DNA from: a virus
Lineage: Duplodnaviria > Caudoviricetes
Direction: 5' to 3' (one strand)
Length of the DNA: 24,447 bases
Virus record (IMG/VR): IMGVR_UViG_3300037473_000211
Location: 1-24,447 of that record
This document shows, piece by piece, positions 16,606-23,403 of the stretch; position 1 is the first letter of the stretch, and each line of letters starts with the position of its first letter. A model generated the notes under the pieces. The model searched no databases. It was not told where the DNA came from and saw only the letters and a program-made list of their open reading frames with translations. Both the position numbers and the translations under genes were made by a program.

Positions 16606-18171
16606 ATGAGGAAACCCGTCGTCCAGATCGCCTTTAATGCGACCATCGCGAAGATCGTTGGTGGAGACGAAGAGGCGCGTGGAATCCTCGCCAATCTGAC
16701 CAGCTACCAGGTGGACGGCTATCAACACATGAACGCGTTCCAGTCGGGACGCTGGGATGGGCGCAAGTCGTTCTTCGCCTACTCGACCGACACCTTCCCG
16801 GCGGGCTTCGCCGAGATCGCGATTGAGGAGCTGCGCACCAAGGGCTACGAGGTGCAGCGCGTCTGCCGCCCCCTGCCCGCCCCACTTGGACCCGAGCGCC
16901 CGGTGATCGACGACTTCGGGTACGACCCGATGTACGACTATCAGCCGGCGACCGTGGACCGCCTGGTCAAGCGCGGCGCTATGATCGCGCGCGTTGCGAC
17001 CGGCGGCGGCAAGTCACGCATCTGCCGTATGGCACATGCCCGCATTGGCCGGCGCACCCTGTTCGTCACCACACGCGCCTTGCTGCTTCACCAGATGAAG
17101 GGCGGCTTTCAGGACAGCGGCTACAAGGTGGGCGTGATCGGCGACGGCGAATGGTCGCCCATCATGTTCCAGGATCACTGCGTCAATGTGGGAATGGTCC
17201 AGACCCTCGCCCAGCGCTTGGCCGAGCCGGAGATGTTCGACCGCTCACCGGCTGCAGAGCGCCAGCGCCGCGTGCGCGCGCAGACGATGGAGTTCCTGGC
17301 GACCGTGGACCTTCTGGTAGCCGAAGAGGCGCATGAAGCCTCCGGTGACAGCTACTTCCTGGTCACGCGCTCCTGCAAGAACGCCTACTACCGCCTGGCC
17401 CTGACCGCCACGCCCTTCATGAAGGACGGTGCAGAAGGCAACATGCGCCTCATGGCCTCCTTCGGCCAGATCGGCATCGACATCACCGAGAAGATGCTGA
17501 TTGATCGCGGTGTCCTGGCGGAACCCTATTTCAAATTCGTCGCCCAGACCGAGAAGCCCGCCAAGCTGTTCAAGACCACGGCCTGGCCGCGCTGCTACGA
17601 GCTGGGCGTGCAGGACAATGAAAATCGCAACGCCGACGTGGTGCGCTATGCGCGCATGTTCGCCGAGTACGGCCTCACCGGCATGGTGCTGGTGGGCCGC
17701 CAGAAGCACGGCAAGGAGCTGGAGAACCTGTTGCGCGCCGCCGGGCTGCGCACGCGCTTCATCTGGGGCGCGACCAGTCACGGCAAGCGCGACGATGCGC
17801 TGAAGGCCCTGGCGGCGGGCGACATCGACGTGCTGATCGGCTCGACCATCCTGGACGTGGGCGTGGACGTGCCGGCGGTCGGCTACATGATCCTGGCCGG
17901 CGGTGGCAAGGCCGAGGTGCAGCATCGTCAGCGCATCGGGCGCGGCCTGCGCCGCAAGAAGAAAGGCCCCAACGTCGCCTTCGTCGTGGACTGGCTGGAC
18001 GAACTCAACAAGCACCTGTCCGGCCACGCCGCCACGCGCATGTCGATCATCCGGGAGACCCCGGGGTTCGCCGAGAATTTGCTCAAACCAAACGAGGACT
18101 TCGACCTGCCCGCGATGGGCTTCAAGAAGGTCCGCACCATCGGCGCTGGAGGCGCCCTCGTATCCGCATGA
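16606..18171 (+). CDS. Superfamily 2 (DExH-type, UvsW/XPB-like) helicase
   Basis: Motif I ATGGGKS, motif II variant EEAH, motif III LTAT, motif V DVGVDVP, motif VI QRIGRGLR; probable ATG start 16606. Confidence 0.92.
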   Translation: MRKPVVQIAFNATIAKIVGGDEEARGILANLTSYQVDGYQHMNAFQSGRWDGRKSFFAYSTDTFPAGFAEIAIEELRTKGYEVQRVCRPLPAPLGPERPVIDDFGYDPMYDYQPATVDRLVKRGAMIARVATGGGKSRICRMAHARIGRRTLFVTTRALLLHQMKGGFQDSGYKVGVIGDGEWSPIMFQDHCVNVGMVQTLAQRLAEPEMFDRSPAAERQRRVRAQTMEFLATVDLLVAEEAHEASGDSYFLVTRSCKNAYYRLALTATPFMKDGAEGNMRLMASFGQIGIDITEKMLIDRGVLAEPYFKFVAQTEKPAKLFKTTAWPRCYELGVQDNENRNADVVRYARMFAEYGLTGMVLVGRQKHGKELENLLRAAGLRTRFIWGATSHGKRDDALKALAAGDIDVLIGSTILDVGVDVPAVGYMILAGGGKAEVQHRQRIGRGLRRKKKGPNVAFVVDWLDELNKHLSGHAATRMSIIRETPGFAENLLKPNEDFDLPAMGFKKVRTIGAGGALVSA

Positions 18172-18737
18172 CACCGAAGATGATCTGCCTGATGGGCTGG
18201 CCCAAGTCGGGCAAGAACGAAGTCGCCCGCATCCTCAACGAGTATTATGGGGCTGTCACCATCGACGACGGCATGATCCTGCGGCTGGCGGCACCCCACC
18301 TCTTCCACGGGGTGGAGCTGGCGGACTGCTTCAACCAAGCGGGCAAGGACCGGTTCATCGACGTGTGCGGCAAGCCCTACCAGGTACGCAAGCTCCTGGG
18401 CGATCTGGGCCAGCTTCTCGAAGACCACTTCGGCGAGTTCTTCGTCCCGGAACAGTCGATCAAGCGCATGGCCGACCTGCCGCCGGCACCGCTCTATGTG
18501 TTCCCGTCCGTGCGCAAGCGTCAGGGGCACTTCTACCGGGAGCGGGGCGGGCTGGTGTTCGACGTGGACCGCGACGTGCCGGCGAGCCCCTATGAGTTCG
18601 ATTGGTTCGACAAGACCGCCTGTCACGGCACGATCAACAACCGAGGCTCGGTGGCGGACCTGGAAAAGACGGTCGCGGACCTGATGAGCGCCCATTTGGG
18701 CGACCATTCCCTCCAGTGGGCACTGTCAACCAGATAA
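18168..18737 (+). CDS. Deoxynucleoside monophosphate kinase-like P-loop protein
   Basis: N-terminal GWPKSGKN P-loop, VRKLLGDLG, SVR and C-terminal INNRGS typical of phage dNMP kinases; ATGA overlap. Confidence 0.7.
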   Translation: MTPKMICLMGWPKSGKNEVARILNEYYGAVTIDDGMILRLAAPHLFHGVELADCFNQAGKDRFIDVCGKPYQVRKLLGDLGQLLEDHFGEFFVPEQSIKRMADLPPAPLYVFPSVRKRQGHFYRERGGLVFDVDRDVPASPYEFDWFDKTACHGTINNRGSVADLEKTVADLMSAHLGDHSLQWALSTR

Positions 18738-18739
18738 TG

Positions 18740-18778
18740 AAAAACCCCGCAAAGCCAGAGCCTTGCGGGGTTTTCTTT
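18740..18778. terminator. Bidirectional intrinsic terminator
   Basis: AAAACCCCGCAA-N10-TTGCGGGGTTTT between convergent genes. Confidence 0.85.
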
Positions 18779-18796
18779 AGGCGTTACGCGAGCTGA

Positions 18797-19219
18797 TTAG
18801 GCTTCGACGCGGTAGCCGGCCAGCACCGAGAAGGCGCCCGCGCCCGAGGCGCGAACCACGATCTTCTTGTTGGCGGTCGCCAGCTTCTTGCCCTTGGGCA
18901 GCTTCAGCGTGACGGTCGAATTGGCGGCCATGTAGACCGGGCCATAGACCACGGCGCCCGAGGTCTCTTCCTTGAAGGTCAGCGCGATGGCCGCACCCGA
19001 GGAAATGTGCAGGTTTTCCAGCACAGCCTTCAGGTTGGCGCCGGGCGCGTCCGAGACGGCCAGGTCGGCAGCCGAAGCGTCGGCGGAAGTTGCCGGCACG
19101 CCGGCAACGCCGGTAATCAGATCGGGGTTGTCATAGACCACGACCACGGGCGACTGGGTGCCGTCCGCGTGCTGCTTGGTCTTGGTGAATACGCCGTGAT
19201 CGGCAACCTGTGCATCCAT
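18797..19219 (-). CDS. Beta-rich hypothetical protein, possibly a virion decoration protein
   Basis: 140 aa, Ala/Val/Gly-rich with alternating strands; has its own promoter and terminator. Confidence 0.6.
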   Translation of the reverse strand: MDAQVADHGVFTKTKQHADGTQSPVVVVYDNPDLITGVAGVPATSADASAADLAVSDAPGANLKAVLENLHISSGAAIALTFKEETSGAVVYGPVYMAANSTVTLKLPKGKKLATANKKIVVRASGAGAFSVLAGYRVEA

Positions 19220-19264
19220 GGTTTGTGGGGCCTCCTGACCCTCTTTTTCTTATTTTGAACAGGC

Positions 19265-19343
19265 ATTATATCACGGTGGAATGATAATTGCTAGCTAGCT
19301 TGCAATCCTCTTGCATTGCGAGGAATCTAGCGTCTAGGATTCC
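19265..19343. promoter_or_regulatory. Divergent promoter region with candidate par operator / centromere
   Basis: Minus strand: TAGCAA-N17-TATAAT with TGn (19293..19265). Plus strand: TTGCAT-N18-TAGGAT (19311..19340). Imperfect palindrome GGAATCTAG-CGT-CTAGGATTCC at 19322..19343; clustered CTAG/TTGC motifs. Confidence 0.5.
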
Positions 19344-19369
19344 GCCGAAGCCAAATCACAGGACGGGCC

Positions 19370-20017
19370 ATGCAGCGCATCGCGTGCGTCTCCCAGAAGG
19401 GCGGGGTCGGCAAATCCACCCTCGCCCGCGACATCGCGGTCCAGTTCGCCGCCAACCAGTGGGAAGTCCGGATCGCCGACATGGACGACCGCCAGACAAC
19501 TTCCATGGTCTGGCAGGCCAACCGCGCCCAGTTCGGCCACAAGCCCGAAGTTCACGTCTATGGCTGTGCCACCCCGGAGACCGCGTTGAAGGTGGGCGGC
19601 TGCGACCTGGTGGTCTTCGACGGCAAGCCCTACTCCAGCCCCGACACCCGCAAGATCGCTGAGGTCTCGGACCTGATCGTGATCCCGTCCGGGCCGACGC
19701 GCGACGACCTGGACCCCCAAATCCTGTTGGCGCACGAGCTGACCAAGGTGCGCATCCCCACGAGCCGCATCCTCTTCGTCATCAACAGCATCGTGTCGGA
19801 ACTCGACGGCTTGGAAGCGACGAGCGCCCGCCAGTATGTGGAGACTGCCGGCTACCGGGTCGCACAGTTCATGCTGCCGCGCCGGGCCTCCTACGGCCAG
19901 GCCCACAACATCGGCAAATCCATATCCGAAGTCACCGCCCCGTCGCTGCGCGCCCAGGCTATCGGGGTCGTGTCGGAGATCGGCAACATCATCAAGGAGG
20001 CACAAGAAGCCGCATGA
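19370..20017 (+). CDS. parA: Type Ib (ParF-like) Walker-box partition ATPase
   Basis: Deviant Walker A KGGVGKST at the extreme N-terminus, DMDDRQ, VVFDG; 215 aa with no N-terminal HTH. Confidence 0.92.
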   Translation: MQRIACVSQKGGVGKSTLARDIAVQFAANQWEVRIADMDDRQTTSMVWQANRAQFGHKPEVHVYGCATPETALKVGGCDLVVFDGKPYSSPDTRKIAEVSDLIVIPSGPTRDDLDPQILLAHELTKVRIPTSRILFVINSIVSELDGLEATSARQYVETAGYRVAQFMLPRRASYGQAHNIGKSISEVTAPSLRAQAIGVVSEIGNIIKEAQEAA

Positions 20018-20271
20018 CCACCGTGAAAGCCGCACCCCTTGGCGCCCCGCCGCCGCGAGCTGCCGCCCGCTCCCTGGGCGAGCCGCCGCGCCCGACCGAG
20101 ACCCGCAACAACACCCTCAAGCCGCAGATCACTCAGTTGAACGTGCGCATGGAGAAGGCCAAGCACCGCGAGATCAAGATCGCGGCGATGAACGAAGACA
20201 TGGACCTGGTGGACTATGTGGTCATGTGCCACGACCTCTACCAATCGTCGGGGAAGAGAAAGAGGGCTTGA
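20014..20271 (+). CDS. Ribbon-helix-helix partition adaptor (ParG-like)
   Basis: 85 aa coupled to parA (ATGA); flexible Pro/Arg N-tail followed by TQLNVRMEKAKHREIKIAA (RHH pattern). Confidence 0.8.
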   Translation: MTTVKAAPLGAPPPRAAARSLGEPPRPTETRNNTLKPQITQLNVRMEKAKHREIKIAAMNEDMDLVDYVVMCHDLYQSSGKRKRA

Positions 20272-20311
20272 CGGCCCTCTGTTTGGGGTGTATTCACACT
20301 CACGCGTGAGT
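20261..20311 (+). promoter_or_regulatory. Hairpin/terminator overlapping a promoter, plus perfect palindromic site
   Basis: AGAGGGC-TTGACG-GCCCTCT-GTTT; TTGACG-N17-TATTCA; ACTCACGCGTGAGT at 20298..20311. Confidence 0.6.
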
Positions 20312-20340
20312 AACGCAGGAAAGGAAGCACCACCCCAACA

Positions 20341-20688
20341 ATGAGCAAACCCCGTACCACCACCCGTACAAAGCCCCAGACCCAGGCCGAGCCCAAGACC
20401 GCCGAGCTGCCGCTGATCGACAAGAAGGCGGCCAACGAAGTCCAGGTCCACATCGCCCAGTTCAATCCCAATCTGCTGTCGATGCCCTCGCTGGCCGAGT
20501 TGACCGCAATCGTGTTCTGCATGGGCTGGCAGTCGGCGCCGATCTTCGGCAAGGACGCCCAGGGTAACCTGGTCAACCAGGACGGCGGCGTGCTGATCCC
20601 CGTCCAGCTCGCGAAGTTCTTCGCGCTGGTCCCCGCCACGCTCACCAATAAGCCGGGCACTGCGCCGGCAGAAGGCGCCGCCGGCTAA
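20341..20688 (+). CDS. Hypothetical protein
   Basis: 115 aa, AGGAAAGGA upstream, first gene after the promoter. Confidence 0.65.
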   Translation: MSKPRTTTRTKPQTQAEPKTAELPLIDKKAANEVQVHIAQFNPNLLSMPSLAELTAIVFCMGWQSAPIFGKDAQGNLVNQDGGVLIPVQLAKFFALVPATLTNKPGTAPAEGAAG

Positions 20689-20695
20689 TCAAGCC

Positions 20696-21349
20696 GTGCG
20701 GTATCTGATTTGCGACATCGACGGCACCTTTGCCGACTCCTCGCATCGCAACGTCAACCTGCCGGCCTATACGGGCAAGCATGTCACGCTCGCTGTTGAG
20801 CGTCACGGCTTCCCCGTGGGGACGCCGGGTCAGGTCTTGCAGCGTGTCGAGCGCGAGGACTGCAACCAGACCATCGTCACCGTGCGCTGGCTACCGCTCC
20901 ACGCGGCTCCCATGGAGCGCGGCAAGGCCCTGGATCAGCCCTATCTCTGGGACGACTTCATGGCCGTCACCGGCCAGGACTTCCACGCCTGGCACGCCGG
21001 CATGGCGCTGGACAAGCCGATCCACCACATCTGCTGGCTGCTAAAGGCCATGCGCCCTGCCCTTGTCGCCGAGGGCATTGTGGTCCTGTGGCTGACTTCG
21101 CGCTGGAAGTCCTATGCCAGCGATACGCAAGCCTGGCTGGAAGCGCAGGGGATTTGGTTCCCCGGCGATGAGCTGGAAATGCGCGAAGATCACGACGAGC
21201 GCAAAGACACCGTGATGAAGGGCTTGATCCTCGACCGCATGGAAAAGGAAGGCCACAGCTTCTTCATGGCCCTGGAGGACCGCCAGACGGTCGCGAACTA
21301 CTTGCGTGAGCGCGGCATCCCCACGCTGCACGTTGCGGATTACCAATGA
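20696..21349 (+). CDS. HAD-family phosphatase (T4 PNK 3'-phosphatase-like) with an inserted domain
   Basis: Motif I CDIDGT, motif II LTSR, motif III DTVMK, motif IV LEDR. Confidence 0.82.
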   Translation: MRYLICDIDGTFADSSHRNVNLPAYTGKHVTLAVERHGFPVGTPGQVLQRVEREDCNQTIVTVRWLPLHAAPMERGKALDQPYLWDDFMAVTGQDFHAWHAGMALDKPIHHICWLLKAMRPALVAEGIVVLWLTSRWKSYASDTQAWLEAQGIWFPGDELEMREDHDERKDTVMKGLILDRMEKEGHSFFMALEDRQTVANYLRERGIPTLHVADYQ

Positions 21350-21606
21350 CCGAGCAAGACACCATCGACGCCGCGAAGATCGCGGAAGCACCCGCCCAGA
21401 AGACCCCGGACGCCCTGCGCGCCCATATCACCGACCAGCTCGCGATGTACCGCGACATGGTGATGAGCCAGCCAGTATTGCCCAAGCTGCCGGAGAACCC
21501 CGAACAGCTCCTCAACATGGCTCTGAAGACCCGTGGCGTGAACCGCGCTGCGCGTCGCGCGTACCTGGCGAAGAAGCGCAAGCCCGGCAAGGCGCAGCGC
21601 AAATGA
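21346..21606 (+). CDS. Hypothetical protein
   Basis: 86 aa, ATGA-coupled on both sides, basic NRAARR C-terminus. Confidence 0.65.
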   Translation: MTEQDTIDAAKIAEAPAQKTPDALRAHITDQLAMYRDMVMSQPVLPKLPENPEQLLNMALKTRGVNRAARRAYLAKKRKPGKAQRK

Positions 21607-21800
21607 AGCAGCTTGACCGGATCACGTCATTCATGAAAGACGGCATGTGGCGCACTCTAGCTGACATCGCTACTGCGACCGGCGACCCGGAAGCGTCTGT
21701 GTCGGCGCAGCTTCGTCACCTGCGCAAGCCGCAGTTTGGTGGCTTTCTGGTCGAGAAACGCCGTTGTGATGGGAAATACGAATACCGGGTGTCGGTATGA
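21603..21800 (+). CDS. Small winged-helix protein (65 aa)
   Basis: Start ATG 21603: MKQLDRITSFMKDGMWRTLADIATATGDPEASVSAQLRHLRKPQFGGFLVEKRR...YEYR. Confidence 0.75.
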   Translation: MKQLDRITSFMKDGMWRTLADIATATGDPEASVSAQLRHLRKPQFGGFLVEKRRCDGKYEYRVSV

Positions 21801-22009
21801 CGCCCGCGATCCCGGATGGTGATGCTATCGCAGCCGCCATCGTCAAAATCGGCGACGCCATGAAGACCCTGGATCAGTCCAGGCTCAAGCGCGAGACCAT
21901 CGTCATCTTGCTACAGGCCCGCACCGGGCTGCCCAAGAAGGAAATCAGTGCCGTCCTCGACGGCCTTGTCGAACTCGAAAGCATCTGGCTCAAGCCGGCG
22001 AAGAAATGA
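21797..22009 (+). CDS. Hypothetical protein
   Basis: 70 aa, ATGA overlaps; ILLQARTGLPKKEISAVLDGL weakly recalls the helical part of HU. Confidence 0.65.
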   Translation: MTPAIPDGDAIAAAIVKIGDAMKTLDQSRLKRETIVILLQARTGLPKKEISAVLDGLVELESIWLKPAKK

Positions 22010-22230
22010 CGCCGGCTGAGAAGGAACTCCTGCAGCCCTTCGGTTACATCGTCCACCTGTGGAACGCTTATATCGAGCGCGCCCCGGTGGAGGAGTTGCA
22101 ACGCATGTATGCGGCCTGTGTCGCGGTAGATCAAGGGAACTGCTGGTGGGCCATATACGAGGCCGGCAAAATCCTTCGCCCTCTCCTGCGCGACGAGATC
22201 GAGCGTAGAAAAACGCGCAATCCCACTTGA
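22006..22230 (+). CDS. Hypothetical protein
   Basis: 74 aa, ATGA-coupled. Confidence 0.6.
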   Translation: MTPAEKELLQPFGYIVHLWNAYIERAPVEELQRMYAACVAVDQGNCWWAIYEAGKILRPLLRDEIERRKTRNPT

Positions 22231-22256
22231 CCAAATAGTCACGCGTGACTTACATT
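22227..22256 (+). promoter_or_regulatory. Sigma70-like promoter with perfect palindromic site
   Basis: TTGACC-N18-TACATT; AGTCACGCGTGACT at 22237..22250 abuts the -10. Confidence 0.65.
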
Positions 22257-22262
22257 CCGCGC

Positions 22263-22643
22263 ATGTTGTTCCACAAGAACATGCGCGCCGCGCCTTATAA
22301 CACGCCCCTTCTGCTGCGGCACAAGAAGAACGGCATCGGGATCGGTGTCCTGCGCAAGCAGGGAAATCTCGAACTAGAAGTCTCATACGCCTGCTTTCGC
22401 GACAGTCTGGGTGGGCTGCATGTCACTATGCCGCTACCGACACGTTTCGAGGACCTCGACGGCTGGTCGGCGGAATTGAACGACAAGCCACTCGAAGAAA
22501 TGAGTGTCACTCTTCCTGGTCTGATCCGCATCCGCGACGCGGCCAAGCACTCCTCCGTCCATCATGGAGAAATGGGTATGACGATCAACCTAGAAGAGAT
22601 CACGTCGCTGGCCGACGAGCTGATCGGGAAAATCTCATCATGA
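22263..22643 (+). CDS. Hypothetical protein
   Basis: The ORF-track GTG at 22245 lies inside the promoter, so ATG 22263 is preferred; coupled to the next gene. Confidence 0.55.
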   Translation: MLFHKNMRAAPYNTPLLLRHKKNGIGIGVLRKQGNLELEVSYACFRDSLGGLHVTMPLPTRFEDLDGWSAELNDKPLEEMSVTLPGLIRIRDAAKHSSVHHGEMGMTINLEEITSLADELIGKISS

Positions 22644-23098
22644 GTATCTTCGACGCAAAGCAGGATGACCGCCCCGCGAAGGGCGGCTGGGCGCCTGGCG
22701 ATTATATCAACGCTTGCGGCTGCGGCTGCATCTTCTCCGGTGAGAAGCGCGCCTGGCAGTGCGCGGACTGCGCGTATGCCGAACCCAAGATCGAGCGCTT
22801 CGTCTCCACCGGCACGCCGGTCACGCCCGAGGAGGGTGAAATCCTCACCATCCTGATCGAGGAGTGTTCCGAGGTAATCCATCGTGCGTGCAAGATGCTG
22901 CGCTTCGGCAAGGATGAAGTTCAGCCCGGCCAGCCCGAGGACAACACCGTGCGTCTGTCCGGCGAGGCCGGCGACCTGGAAGCGATGCTCGACGAAGCCA
23001 AGAAGCGCGGCCTGATCCTGCCCCTGGTCGTGGACCACTTCGCCGAGCTGAAGCCCATCGCTCTCGCCAAGTACATGCAGAAGCGGAACGCGGCGTGA
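22640..23098 (+). CDS. Zn-ribbon / MazG-like NTP pyrophosphohydrolase fusion
   Basis: N-terminal GWAPGDY..CGCGC..F.GEKRAWQCADCA; C-terminal LIEECSEV...KMLRFG...EAGDL (ExxE/ExxD). Confidence 0.7.
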   Translation: MSIFDAKQDDRPAKGGWAPGDYINACGCGCIFSGEKRAWQCADCAYAEPKIERFVSTGTPVTPEEGEILTILIEECSEVIHRACKMLRFGKDEVQPGQPEDNTVRLSGEAGDLEAMLDEAKKRGLILPLVVDHFAELKPIALAKYMQKRNAA

Positions 23099-23403
23099 AG
23101 ATCACCACCGACCAGTGGAACGCCCTCAATGAAATGGGCGCAGCCTTCTTCGCGTTCCTCAACGTGCGCGCGCTCTATCGCGCCAAGCGCGTCGAAGGCG
23201 TGCATTGGGCGGCGTGGGGCTTCTACTCCTACTGGGGCATCGCGAACCTGGTCGTCTACCCGGCGAACGGCATGGTCGTGAGCTTCTATGGCGGCATCCC
23301 CGTCGTCATCTTCAACCTGATTTGGTTGGCGCTGGTCTGGCGCTACCGCAAACCCATCAACAACGAAAACCGCAATGGATGCGGCAAAGGAGCATACTGG
23401 TGA
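23095..23403 (+). CDS. Small membrane protein (PQ-loop/SemiSWEET-like topology)
   Basis: About three hydrophobic segments with a basic loop, RALYRAKRVEGV. Confidence 0.55.
   Translation: MKITTDQWNALNEMGAAFFAFLNVRALYRAKRVEGVHWAAWGFYSYWGIANLVVYPANGMVVSFYGGIPVVIFNLIWLALVWRYRKPINNENRNGCGKGAYW

Noticed and set aside
21306-21602. N-terminal extension of ORF 21306..21800
   Set aside because: Overlaps 21346..21606; the wHTH starts at the ATGA-coupled ATG 21603.
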